DNA of 64,000 nucleotides from Marsupella aquatica (GCA_973895155.1 OZ316894.1:15182699-15246698), one strand, 5' to 3'; shown: positions 11,401 through 24,560, numbered from the stretch's first letter. Notes: generated from the letters alone by a model not told the origin. A program made the numbers and translations.

Positions 11401-12322
11401 GAGCTTCCTTCAAAGCAAACTTTTTCTTGAGGTCTTTCGTCTGAGATGCAATGTTAGCAGCGGATAAAATATAAGTGCAGGCATCTAGCGTCATGTTCTT
11501 GGAATACCAAGCTGCCTTCCGCACATTTGCCATCTTTTGCTGGAAAAGTTTATAATTCTCAGCATCGATGATATCCTTGTAAACTGACAAGTCATTGTTC
11601 AGAATCTTCTGGACCCGTTTGGCCTCCAAAACCCAGGAGTTTTCAACGTGACATTGTGTCAACCTGCCAGAGAATTTTCATGTTAGCGAGATCGCTAGCA
11701 GGAAGTGATTAACTGAAACACAAATTTTAGGAAAATGTTATACTTAGAAATTGCACCTGTTCAATGCATGCATTGCCAACTCGATCTGAACAAATGAGTT
11801 TTTATCACCCTTAAAAATCTTGCAAACAACTCGTGGATGGTACTTAATATCTTTCGGATGCTCTTCTGCAAGTTGAGTCCAAGAATACAGTCGATGGTTT
11901 CCATCGAAAACAAAGAACATCTTGTCTTTGAGGACGTGGAAAGATACATGGGAATCACATTCGCGTTTGAACTCCTTGTTTTGCAGCACCCAAATGTCAT
12001 CCCAAGTTTCGCGGATCGCATCAGTACACAATTGGAGCTCTCCATCCTCGTTGGTCATCTGTACGTAAAATCGAGGCGCATCTTCAATGTAACCCTGGGT
12101 CCTGAACTCGGACTTCAGTGTGTCTATCGCAGTTGAATCCTTTTGCAGAGATCGAACAATTTGCATGTTCCTCATCCTGCAGAGAGGAATTTGAGGGGGA
12201 GCAAGAGAAAAACCAAACTCATTCACTCCGAAAGAGTAAAGATGATGGTTTATGACAACAGTATAAGGTTCCGAAGCGCTTGGATCAAACACCGATGCCA
12301 CAACATCTACTGTTGTCACCAT
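8419..12322 (-). pseudogene. Spliced MULE cargo gene: N-terminal ParB/Srx-like domain, central helical region, C-terminal beta-class N4C/N6A DNA-methyltransferase-like domain
   Basis: FFVFDGNHRLYSW (ParB-like); MTase motif-I region KPRDIVLDWTMCDGSSFSAGEYSGRFVVGVE; motif-IV position AHLGFISLPTG; RPMLSNKGYVAVFH; GT-AG introns at 11756-11664 and ~9529-9395; in-frame stops (11195, 10807) and a frameshift near 11075. Confidence 0.7.
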
Positions 12323-13144
12323 CTTGGGTCGTCTTGGAGTCTTCAATCCCGATACTAGCACCTTCTTGTTTGCTGTAGACCTTGTTTCTCTTCTAGTCGA
12401 CTCCCTAACTGGAACGATCCTCTGGAAGAAATACTCTCTAGAGACAACGACGACTCCATGAAATAAAACCCTTCGCCAAAGAGTGTACTTTGCTGAAGAG
12501 TGTTCCTGTACAGAGGATGCAACCCCAACACGAGTGACAAACGTCAACAACAATCAGTATCGGATAGCCGTACAGACTGTTACAAAGACCAGTTGAAGTC
12601 CTAAAGAGGTGTAGTCGTGAATACAGAAGACGATATCAAGTCCGAAGAAGGAATAACAGAAATCTCCTGGCGAAATGTTGTACTTTTGGGAAAATGCGAA
12701 GAACAACTCTCACGGTCGGGAGTGTAATCCATACAAAACAGGAGAGGCGTCGGTCGTAGTTTGTACCATTGACATTTTGGTGCCGTTGACTATTCTCAAC
12801 GGAATCCCAACAGTAAAATTGGAGACCGTTGAAATTACTTTTTGGCTAGCAAGATTGTTGGCCTGAAATCCATAGTCTATATCTACATAAAATCTAGTAT
12901 AATCTTTATAAATATATCCATAAAGCGTGTCGTTATATGCTAGCAATCTCGCTAGCATGAGGACTCCGACGATGCAAGTAGTAAAAGACAAAACAATGGT
13001 CACATCAACGGAAACTCTTTGACAATTTGGTCGATGTGTTGTTTCCGTTGGGATGAAATGAGATTAAACCTTCATCATAAGGGTCATGTCGACGATCCTA
13101 AGCATAGTCATCTTCTTTTGTTGTCATTTAAAATTTTGTCTGGG

Positions 13145-16100
13145 ATGATTGAGATGTCTTCCAAAGTCATTTTGCAGCGTAGAATGACGGGAGATGTAGT
13201 TGTGCTTCCTAGCACACCAGGTTCATCGGAGGTGACAGTGATAGAGTCATTCCTTACAACTCGGTTTGGGCTTCTAGATGGTGATATCATCTGCAAGTTG
13301 TTTGAGTTGTATTGTCAAAATGGAACACGTAGTCACGAGTTGAGAGAAGAGAGTAGTACTTCCAACAGGGTTTGGACATTGAAGGTTGGATCTCATGTAG
13401 AGGTTGTGTCGAGTAAAGATGACATTCCTGAAATCATTCTGGACCATGTGGATTCTCCTCCTGAAGAAGAGACTACTCGTGTGATCGATCTGGAAACGCC
13501 TACAAAAGAAATGGCCCCAGATATCATTGAAATATCTCCCGATAGTCTAAGGCAGGACACATCTTGTGGGTCAGCCAAGTCAGGAGGTGGTTCAGAACCC
13601 GGAGGATTGGTCAAGAAAATGGATGTGCTTACCATGCCAATAGTGTATTGGAGTGCTTATGACGCTTTCCTCAATATAAGTGGCGCAAATGAACTTGCAC
13701 AATTTTGAAGAGGGAATTAGTGGAAGGAGTGCCAGGTTCCTAGTCTGCCATCGACATACAATGGTAACGTTGTTTTTGAACTTCCTCCCATCGAAGGGTC
13801 TGGATGCGGAGGAGGTCTTCAAGATATGGATCGAGAGAACGACGGCTATCCATGGACTCAACTTGTCACTACGTCTGCAAACCTGAAGCCAAGGTTCCAT
13901 TGGTCTGTCTCGAAAGTCTGATGTGCTGGAATACTTGAATGCCAGAATTTGGGATGTCGGAAGTTCAAGCATACGAATGAGAAAAATGCTTGCTCGTTTA
14001 GAGGGAAAGGGTTACTGACTGACATCTTCCGTCTTTGGGAGCACGTGAGTGAGGGTGGCATAGTTTGTGGATTCTGTGAAGAGCGGCCGCTTTGTATTCA
14101 AAATTTCCCGGCAAAACTTTTGTACGTGTACCCTAAGCCAGGTTTGGAGAGTCACATTTCAATGCATATGTCCAGGTTGGCTGTGCATATGGGATTCCAT
14201 GACCATTCGGTTTGGAAGGGGAAACCTTGTTCAGCGAGAAAGACTGCGGAAGATGTCGTTTTAGGGGTCCATAGATTGAATCCAGTATCAACTCCAGCAC
14301 GTGTGAGAAACCAGTCGATTGGCAGCCTTGTCTCACTTTTGCATCCGGAATCATCATCTCAGTTGTCAAGAGAAGAACAGATGGAAATCTGGAGTTCCAT
14401 AGGTGTGGTTTCCACTGCTCCCAAGTTCCAAGCTATACTTCGGAGTATCAAGATGGATAATCCCAAAAAAAGAGAACTTGATGCCCTTCGTGAAATGCAG
14501 TCAAGGAATAATTTCCCTTTTGTGCAAAGGTACCTTTTTCCTGGTCAAGGGAATAAGAATGATCGAGCGCATGTATTCCAAATGAGTACAAACGGACCTG
14601 GATCTGGTGTGGACATTTTGAGGAGCATGGAGTTTGGAGGAGTTTTGGAAGGTGCTTGGGTCAGTTTTGACGTGATGCATCGCATCACTACTGGATGGTT
14701 GACATTCAGTGCACATGTTTATGACCACAATTACCGGGCTCTGTGTACAATTTTTACTTGTAAGTTGAGAGCCGAAGATACTGAGTCCCTTGAAACTGCG
14801 TGGCGATTGATGGTAGATGTGGCATCGGAGAATGGAGTGCATAATCCTGTTATTGGAGGATTCATAGCTGACAATGCAGAGGCTGGTTGGATTGCTGTAC
14901 GACAAGTTTTTTTGGTGGTGTTCAAAATCCTATGAAAGAGCACAACGATGCTTTCCATTTTTCTCAGTCCCTGAGGAGACACACATTGGATGGCATCAAG
15001 GAGGGGTGTCATGTAGAGCATTATAAGATGTGGGAGAAGTTAAGGATTGCCCCAACTTACGTCAAAGGGTATAGAATTGCAGACGACATTCAGAAATGGT
15101 GGAAAGAAGGGAATTGTCATCCTTCAAAGCTCAAATCCCTTCAAGGTTGGATTTCATGGTGGGTTGTGCGATGGAGACAATGGGGGAATTTTATTCGAGT
15201 GGTAAGTTTTATCCATCATTTATGATCCATTTAAGCCAGCGAGATTGCTAGCCTAAATATCGTTGTTTTAACCCTGGCTAGTCTGTAACTAGTGTGCTTT
15301 CTACTAGCAAGGTTGCTAGCCTGAATACCACTAACATTGATTCTATGGCAGACACAAACTGCAAAAGAGTTTGCCTTGATGCCAAACTGCGCGGGGTCTG
15401 AATCTTCTCATGCTTCAATGCGATCGTGCCAACCGAAGAAGAGAATTGGTTTGATGGAAGCATGTGAAGTTGATCAGAATAGAGCAGTTGGACAGATTGC
15501 TCCGTTCACTGCGTATATGGAAGGATGTCATCGTGGTAATGGTCCTACAATATTTGAGCTGGCCTATCGCAATGCAGATACTACGGGATCGTTGGATGCC
15601 TACGAGAAGGCCATCCAATCTACTATTTGAATCCTTTGGAAAGTATGAGTTCTATAGAATAGAGCCTTTACATGGGGATATTTGGACAATGTCAGGAAAA
15701 CAGAAGGGTAATGCTTCCGCGTCTATTCATGAGAATGATTCTCATCGACATGATAAAATATTGCGTACAATGACTCTCCGTCAAGCTTGAAAAGAAGGAA
15801 TCTGTACGCTGAATTCAGTAGTTTCAGAACTGGTTCTGACCTTGGGGGACCGTCATGTATTCCTCATAATGAAAACAGTCCCACCCGCCAGACATATGCT
15901 CTCCCTCGTGAAGTTATCAATATCTCAGATGATGGTGAAGAACAAAGCCTTGGAACAGATGTAGAAGGAACACCGATTACAAATGATCTTGGAGAAATAC
16001 CATCTCCTCAAAATAGTCAGGATCGGATTTGGGATGCCCCCCGAAAGATCCCTTTCATTGAAGAGGTTGATGTTTTGTATGGGACCTGGCATTTGAGACA

Positions 16101-16839
16101 AAGTGGGAAAGGGAGTGGACCCGTGTGCAACGGACTAGTGGATCGGAGTGTCTTTGGTAGAGAAGAATGCCGTAATCTGATCAAGGAAACTGGATATAAG
16201 GCGTTCCGGACTGGAGTTGTTGGTGTGGCCATTCACGGATTGAGGTTGTCCTCCCCACATCGTCAGCTTCTGTACTTCTGTCCGAATAATAAGTGCCATA
16301 AAACAGGTGGAAGAAGGACTCTTGCCCAACTTTCGCAACCACCTGAGGCACTGCAAGTCCAACAAGGAACTAGGCTGACCCCTGAAGAGATTGATTTTCT
16401 CCTTCAAAATGGCTTTCAAATCAGAGGGTTATCATACTCTGATGCGACGCCAATCAGGTCATTCTCTCCTGCAAGTCGTCTTGACCTCTGAATTGATGTG
16501 AACGCCTTCCCCGAAAGGGTTGACATTGCTTATCCAAATTGTTGATTGAAGACTCGAAATGGGAAAGGCGTTCAACAACGTTTCTAGAACACCCCTGAGC
16601 TTCTCAAACGCATTTGATCTGCAACTGTCGAACAAATGAGAGTCATTGGAAGTGACAAGATTTGCACAGGAAACGGATGGGGATGGCAATATTTCATCGC
16701 TACTCACGAGAGTGACTCTAGAATTGCACACAACTACTGGATTCAAGTGTGCTGCTTCCCTTGTTGCTCTTGTGATGACTTCTACAAGAGGCACACGCAA
16801 GGAAGACCCTACATGTCTTGTAAACATCTCTTAATCTAG
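13145..16839 (+). pseudogene. MULE transposase with GCM/WRKY-like N-terminal Zn domain, DDE core and SWIM finger; disrupted
   Basis: CAGILECQNLGC...CGFC...HMGFHDH (GCM-like); FDVMHR, FIADNAEAGWIAVRQVF, AFHFSQS, GSESSH (D-D-xxH-E); YWIQVCCFPCCSCDDF...CKH (SWIM); stops at 13706, 13718, 13918 and a frameshift near 14910. Confidence 0.85.
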
Positions 16840-17432
16840 AGAGAGACAATCTTGTGAAACAGCCAATTCTGACTGTTGGTGAACTGAGGAGTTTGATTCC
16901 GTTACACAGTAGTTGAGTCCATCTCTTTTATCCGTTAAGGTGGACGTTTAAGAGTACCTGTTTTTGTCGCATTCCAGGTTTCAAAACCTGAACAATGGAT
17001 ACTTTCCGAGTAATAAGAATGTTGATGGTATGTTAGCGAGGATCTTCTGCATATTAAGTGTGGGTCCTAAATGTTGCCTATTTTAACTAGCGATGTCGCT
17101 AACAATTAACAACACATACAAAGATGTAATTCAACCGAACTTCTGTGAAAGTTTAACATACATGGAGTGATTGCATGCCATCCACAACAAAAATCACTCA
17201 AGTACCGGTAGGCAATATTTACTAGCGATCTCGCTAGCAAGGTATGCACTCATGAAATTGAAAAAACTTTCGAAGCTTTATTCAGATATGTGTCCAATCT
17301 TTATCAAAACATCTGTAACTGACAAAATGTTCGTGTCCTACCGATCATTTCATTGTAAGGTCACGGACTTGACAGAGATTAACTTTAAAACTATGGGGGT
17401 TCGCAACGCGGAGTGTTTGTCTAGGGTACTAT

Positions 17433-18159
17433 TCATGGAGATGCTGCCTTGTAGGCGTCTGAATCTGTGTCCAAATCCGTATCATAATCGGACGAAGCTA
17501 GGATGTCGGATGTCCAGTAGTTGTGTATGTCGATGTCCCTCCAGTAAGACTCCTCCTCCTCTCTCTTCCGCTTCTTTGAAACTCCCTTAGAAACGGATAC
17601 GTTTGTGCAAGAAGACATCGGTGGTCTGGAAACAATGCTTGAGCTTGAAGTTGTTTCCTTCGGCGGTGCAGGTCGCTGAGTTGAAGCACAGACAACAAGC
17701 GGTACCCGACTGGATGCTGATCCAGTCTTGAGCGGAGGGGGTACACTCTTCCTTGCCGGAGGAGAGCTTGGTGGCGAGTCCAATGGGCCGTCAGTTTTGG
17801 CGTTGTATCGGCGGACCTCCACAACCCATTTGGCTTTTGGAGCGGAAGAGTCATCGTTCTTTGCCATTTCTGTCTATAACAAACGCTGCTATGTATCATA
17901 TTACTTTCTCAACATGTGTTTACCAAATAGAAATAGTCACCTTCAAAACATCCAAGCTCATCGAGTCAAAACGCGCAAAACTACGAGAAGGAAAATAGAA
18001 CTGGGAAAACCAGACTTTCTCATTAACAATAACGCTACTTGCTGTGAAGAGGTCTCCAGGTATCGAACTTACCTCTCCTTGTGTGACAAAAACTTTGCGA
18101 TAATGCGACACACTCGAGAACACCAGATCCCCTCCTCGCCCGTGGATATGACAACACAA
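17433..18159 (-). CDS. Third MULE-internal gene of unknown function (probably two exons; S/P-rich, KKRKR NLS-like motif, acidic tail)
   Basis: ORFs 17920-18159 and 17433-17867 separated by a short AT-rich intron-like gap; convergent with the transposase. Confidence 0.35.
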
Positions 18160-19432
18160 GCTCGATTGAAGTTACTCTGCGATGCGAAGACGATCGCGAA
18201 AGAGTGAGGAGACGATGAAAGTCAGATAATGAGAACACTGTTAGGGAACACTGTTAGGAATGGAGATGAGTTGAAAGGTCCGAATGACATATAGTGCATT
18301 TCGGGAGCCTCGGATCCTCTGAAACGGTTTCGAGTTTCACGCTTCACTCATGAGGAAGGGGACATTGGATTCTGTCGTGATATGATCCGGTGTAGTGCTG
18401 TTGCTGCAACCGTTAACACCCGTGCTTTCTAATGAGTGCTTTTCGTGTGGGTCATGACCGCACGAAGTATTTCGTGCGAGAATGATGGGCAGAGTTATGG
18501 CTAGCGACTTCGCTGGCCTGATGTACGTTGGAATTATATATTGAATTATGGTGCCATCGATGACCGTTCGTGTCAGGGGAATACGTAATATGTACCAATC
18601 CATGGTCGGGATCGCTTTTAAAACCCAACGGGAGTGAAATAAATAGGTGGAATAGAAGGTTCCTTTTAGGCTAGCGAGAGTCACTTTATGCTAGCGAGGT
18701 TGTTTTTGTGCCAAATTTTGGGTATTCCAAGGAGAAAATGATCCCGTGCGAGGAATTTTTTTACTGTTTCCTCGCACGCTACAATGACCCGAGCTGAGCC
18801 CCGATCCACCTCCCACCCCGGACCCTACCCGGACCCAAACCGGCTCCCGAACCGGCCCGGCCCTCCTCCGACCCTCCCCTGACCCGGCTCCCCTACCCCC
18901 GGACCCCAGCCGGACTGCTCCCGAAGGTTGACGGCTTGCCAATTTGACGCTGTTTTTCGACCCATTTGACGGGCAAGATCAAACCGGCATTAAAACTTAC
19001 AGCTGGGAGTCCAATCAATGGATAATCGATAGACATCGACAAGGACCATAATAATTGCTCATCACATGGACCTTAAAGGATACGAAAGGAAGACCGGTGC
19101 TTTTTCCAAGTGAGAAAGCTTGTGAATCTTGGCTTTCGCCAGGACAGGGAAGCTTGATGAAGTGGATGTGAAGCTCAAAAGATTGGAAGGTTGCTAGGAC
19201 ATGGGTCGCTCTCGTGTGGCAGGTGGTGCTCGACCATTACGTTTTCAATTATGATCTGATGTATCTATTTTAAAGACAAAGCGCTGCAGTGCTTTAGAGT
19301 CCGTTGAAATTTATCCAGTTCATTCGATGGCAGAAGCTGACCTCCGCGAATTGGCGCTGAAATTCTCAACTGTCTACCAGTGACCAGTGGTTGTGGTTGT
19401 GGAAACCTTGTATCTATTGTAGAGAAGTGATC

Positions 19433-22400
19433 ATGGGATATTGGAGTACTCGTTCTGGTTTGCACGTTCCCACCAATTTCCGCAGTGTCTCAACGGGAAA
19501 TGTAGCGATTGCAGGGAGTAGGAATGCCAACGTTGTTTTAGGAGGACATGGCCATTTTCGATCCAGAGAATTGATGAACATTTCAAATTTCTTGTACTCG
19601 AAGCCCCGCTCTGCTCTCTCCATCTCCAGCGGAAAGTTGTCCGTCAGTAGGCGCTTCCCATTGATGGTGATCGGATGTCGACCCATGCGATCGATCCCAG
19701 AATTACTTTGTCAGGCGTCTGACATCCAGACCACAAGAAGTGAAGGGAGCGCGAAGTTTTACAGTACGTGGACTTCTTTCAGCATATCGCTGGTTTCAAG
19801 TTATGTCGTTTACTCCCTTTGGCTGTTTTCGTAGAGAAGCATGCTTAGATCCTTTCGATTAATGAATTTACAGAAACCTGTGAAGCATAGATTCAAGCTC
19901 CAATTGCTAACGTGTCTGACGCAGGAAACGGGGAAGATTTACATAAGCTGCTTGAGTTGTTGCCGGAGGATATGAGAACAAAACTGCTAGTACACGAGGA
20001 ACTTGAAAACCTTGTGGAGTTTGTTTTGGACCTCGGTCGAAGACCATTGGCACGCTTTCCCTCCGGAGATTGGTTCATATCACGAGATGTTGTTTCTTCT
20101 GCAGATTTGGGGCACGCAGTGTCACTAGTAAGTACCTACTTGATCCATATCTGTGGTCAAACAAACGCTCTCCTGATGTTCGCGTATCAGTGCTCAGCCT
20201 GTGGGGGGAAATAAAGTCCTCATTTTTGTCCAGAGTTCGTACATATTTGGTAGCAATGAAAATTTTAGCAGTTAGCTGGCATCACAATGCGAATGCGGGT
20301 TGGTTCATCAGACAGACGGAATATCGTACCGGACGATGTTATAGGAGTGATACAGAATATTTCAGCTGCTGTCTAATGTAATATTCATGTCAATGAATGG
20401 GCGCTAAAGACATCTTACAAGAAAATCCAGAAACACAGATTTCGGCTTACATCAGACTTAATAATTGCGAAGGAACTATGCTATCTACAATATTAAATAT
20501 CGAACGCAGGTTGGAGAATTCGCAGATGACAACAGAGCTGGCATGGATCGTACATTACATCGAATAAGTGCAATACGAAATAGGGCGGGATTCATCGTCG
20601 GACTCACATGCCGGGCGGGTCGTGCAATTTCTGGCAGTGCGGAGATGGCCCGTGACTTAGTAGCTGGCGGGGGATCCCTGTTGCTCATGGGGCCACCTGG
20701 TGTGTGAACTTCTTACGTATTGCCTGCCGGACCAGATCTTCATTTATTTCCATTTCTGTGGATTTCATCTCTGAGCGAATCTTAATTACGTTTTTTAATT
20801 GCAATTCCAGGTGTTGGGAAAACCACTGCTATAAGGTCAGTTATTGGGCTTTTCTTGATTGTGTTTCCAAGTTCATGGTCTCTGGTAACGAATTTTGGTA
20901 GCTCGTTCACTTGTCGTCTCTATTTTCACATTTTGGTTTTGATCAAGGGACTGCAGATGTTTAGTGCAACAGATCTGTTAAGAAGTTCCAATATTAATCA
21001 TGTTTTTCACCCTTCATTGCCTGTCTACCTGTCGTCGGGAATCATATGATCGCTTCGAGATCCTTGTTCAGGGGTAGTCATTTGTCCTTAGCCTGAATTA
21101 CGATTGCCTGCTCCTTGTATCGCCTTTGATAATGACCTTTTTTATGTAACTCGTTCTTATTTGTAGAGAGGTTGCAAGGATGCTAGCAGATGAGTATTAC
21201 AGAAGAGTTGTAGTAGTTGACACGTCCAATGAAATAGCTGGTGACGGTGATATTCCCCATCTTGGAATTGGGCGAGCACGACGAATGCAACTCCCTCAAG
21301 TACACATGCAGCATGAGGTATTTCTGTTCTTGTGAGATGCAACTTGGCATTCTATTAACTTTTCACCGTTTTAGCTCAAATTTCTGGGTTAGTCGGACTT
21401 GTTTAAATAATTCTAGAACTAGGTAATTGCTTCTTATTAGCATGGATGTAACGCATATCTCAAACGCCACGTAGACTCTATTGGGGTCGAATGTGATATT
21501 GTTTTGTTCTTCACTGCACACTGTTGATGTAGGTCATAGTCATTAGAATTACCGAGAACGCCGTTGGTAAGAAATATTCGTCTGCCACAGTGCTTTGACA
21601 TTTAGAGAGACATTAACATGCAGATTATGATAGAGGCAGTGGAAAACCACATGCCCCAGACGATTGTCATTGATGAGATTGGAACAGAATTGGAGGCTTT
21701 TGCCGCGGGTACCATTGCACAAAGAGGTGTTCAGCTAGTTGGAACTGCTCATGGCATGACAGTGGAAAATCTCATCAAGAATCCATCTCTTAATTTGTTA
21801 GCTGGTGGCATCCAGGTTAGTGTTCTCTAGGTAACTATGTTGCTTGATGGTCATTGCCATGGTTCGTCTTTCTAGTGTTTGAAGTTACCAGACCTAGTTT
21901 CATCTAGGAAGTCTACGGTATGTGAAGTTACCTCTGATGCAAGCTGCTATTGTCCAGTACTATTTTCTCTGAGGGGAGGCTACTTAGAAGACTCTCGTTG
22001 ACATGTGGAGTTGGAGGTGGTGTGAAGAGTGTTATACTTGGCGATGAAGAGGCTCGGAGGAGAGGAATGCAGAAAAGTATTTTAGAGCGAAAGGAACCTC
22101 CAACCTTCACAGCTGCTGTAGAGATGGTGTCTCGGAATGTATGGCATGTCCACCATAGTCTTGCCGCAACTGTCGATGCTATCCTTGCAGGTTAGCAGGT
22201 GCTGACTGTGCATCCCTTTGGAGGAATAGAGATGTTCTAAGTCATACGAATGCCGTGATAGTTGAAATGATAATGTCTTCTATCCACGACTGTCGTTGGT
22301 ACTGCTTAGAATTTGTCAATGGATCTCACCTGGTTCTGTCGGATTCTTGGGACTTGACAACTTGAGCAGGGAGAGAGCCCCAAGTTGAAGTTCGAATGAT

Positions 22401-23968
22401 GACTGATTTGGGGAAAGTCATAGCTGGAGGTAAAGGCATGGCGGAAGAACCAGAAAAAATTGTAGGACAAGGTTCGCGTTTCACTGAGGACAAGAACGGC
22501 AATGAAGATAGTGACAGCGAAGATGAAGATGGAGAAGCAGATGACGAATATAATGCAGCTGGGGGACCATACGCAAAGCCTCACCAGCGATGGGGAAATG
22601 GAGATGCTCCACTTTTGCTGTACACTTATCAGGTGTATAGTCTGTCCTAGCCCATGGCATCCTCTCCTGCAAAGGATTTTTCGAAGAAATCATTTACGCC
22701 AGCCGTAGATACGCGGGTCTCGCAGATTTGAATCCTAGTTGGCACGACTCGTTAGTGTCTTATGTTGATCAAACTTATGAAGCAGTGCAGGGTCGGTAAG
22801 AGAGATGCTAAATAAAGACGAGCTGAAGCTTGTTGTTGTCTCGTTACTAACTGGGAACGATTGTGGAAGTGGACAGGTAGAAGAGACATCTCTGAAGCAA
22901 GTACTGGAAGTCATGGGACTGGACGAGTGTGTCCAGCTTACGGATGACATTGGCATAGCAGATGCTGTGTTGGCCTTGCGGTCCAAGCTGAAGTCTAATG
23001 GCTGGGTCCGGGGAATGGCCAAATACCGACAACTGCCTGTCTTTGCAATTAAGGTGCTGTGAACCATCTTCTTTGAACAAGTTTCTCAAGTATCCTTGTC
23101 TTGTAGACGTGTAACATTCGACACAGTTGTGTTGACTGCAGGCAAACACAATGGCCCAGATGGTTAGAGCTATGCGAACAATTTTCCAAATGGAATCATT
23201 GGCACCCAGCACGTTACTGACTACTCATCAGTTGGATGGCAAAACCACTTATGCCGATTTTACTGGATTTCAAGATTTAAATCGCAAGTTGACATCGGAG
23301 GACAAAATTGACGCACTTGAGGTGTGTATGCTGGCTAAGTTTCGTTTCTCAATCTGCTTTTACAACAGTGTAACTTTATGAAGCTGTATTTCAGATACTT
23401 TCCATTAAATACCAAACTGTTGGATGACCCATGCACCCCTACATTCTCCCTGGCAAGTTGGAAGTGCTTAATCTGACTTCATACCCTCTTTGTGGCTAAA
23501 TTTCGGTTGCGTTGAAGGAACAAAGGCAATCGTCGTTAGCTATGTCAAAGTTTTCAGATAGATGAGGGAGAAACGAAGTAATCACTATTGATATCGGTCT
23601 GTACATATTGTTTGTTCAACCCTGTTCCTTGCCATGATATGCATAAGCTGAGGAGCGTCTGTTCCATGTACGTGCAGGAGGCGAGGCTGGCAATCGAACA
23701 ATTTGTCATACCGTATGGGCAGCCTGTGGAATTGCTCCCTAGGACATTAGAAATAATGGCTTTACAGATTAAACTAGTTGAGGGTTACCAGCTTCAAACA
23801 GATCAAGCTGGCACAAGCGTCGCTTCTCGTCTTCGGATTCTCCCCTCACATGTTCTTTATAGCAATGATTCACCAGATGAGAAAGATATCAAGAAATCCA
23901 CGTTGGGGCCAGATATGAACATTCAAAGTGGAACGAGTGTGAGTAGGTTACCTGTATTGCCCACTTAA
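19433..23968 (+). CDS. ycf45: Nuclear ycf45-like / SpoIIIAA-like AAA+ ATPase with C-terminal R3H-like region and probable plastid transit peptide; ~11 exons
   Basis: Approximate exons 19433-19763, 19925-20127, 20510-20699, 20811-20835, 21167-21317, 21624-21815, 22027-22191, 22370-22632, 22877-23053, 23142-23321, 23678-23968 with GT-AG borders; motifs [81 protein letters not shown]. Confidence 0.92.
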
Positions 23969-23989
23969 TAATCAAGTGGGCGTTAGTAT

Positions 23990-24041
23990 GATATATATTC
24001 CAAGTAACATGCCTAGATATATATTCCAAGTAACATGCCTA
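23990..24041. repeat. 26-bp tandem duplication in the ycf45 3' region
   Basis: GATATATATTCCAAGTAACATGCCTA x2. Confidence 0.85.
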
Positions 24042-24265
24042 TCCGTAAATGCGATGCCTCATTTCATACGTCCTTAGAATGGAAATGTTGTAGCAAGGCT
24101 AGTCCCAAAGGCACCTCGAACTTTTGATTGTTTCTTAGAAAGGTCCAGCAAAGGTTCATTTAACCCTGGCTATGTGTTGGAAGTGAATCACACTCTAGTA
24201 ACCTCTCACGTCACAATCATGATCTGTGGTCAACAAAGTTCTTATCTCGAAATTACTATTGAGTC

Positions 24266-24560
24266 CTTCACAGGGGTGCTCTAAGGACCTTCTAGCATTT
24301 ATGAGATCTTTTTAAAATCAAAACTAAGATTTCAAGTGTTGAGTCATTTTTCGGCTCAATTTAGTTATCTATTCTAACTAAGAATGGAATATTTACTACC
24401 CTACCATAAAGATTTTATTTATTCCTTGACACTTTCTTAGAAGATCATATTTTCTCCTCAACATTATTTTTGTAGTGGCTTTCTCTAGTTACTTAGGGTT
24501 ATAAACCCTAAATATTTTGTTAACATTAAAACATCTTTCTTATTATTCCTTCTCTAAAAA
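24266..24560 (-). repeat. Dispersed AT-rich repeat; diverged inverted copy of 41130-41417
   Basis: CTTCACAGGGGTGCTCTAAGGACCT... aligns along its length with the reverse complement of 41130-41417. Confidence 0.8.

Larger units (their letters stand above)
8053..18790 (+). mobile_element. Complete Mutator-like DNA transposon (10.7 kb) with short degenerate TIRs (family 1)
   Basis: 9-bp TSD GAGCTGAGC (8044-8052 and 18791-18799); the two termini share GTGCGAG(C/G)AAACA in inverted orientation (18/26 matches by hand); internal MULE transposase. Confidence 0.85.

Noticed and set aside
8419-12322. Bacterial contamination as the source of the ParB/MTase-like sequence
   Set aside because: It has GT-AG introns, lies within a TSD-flanked eukaryotic MULE, and occurs three times interleaved with plant TEs
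18745-18787. Helitron 3' end (hairpin followed by CTAC)
   Set aside because: A 9-bp TSD, a MULE transposase and the absence of Rep/helicase indicate Mutator
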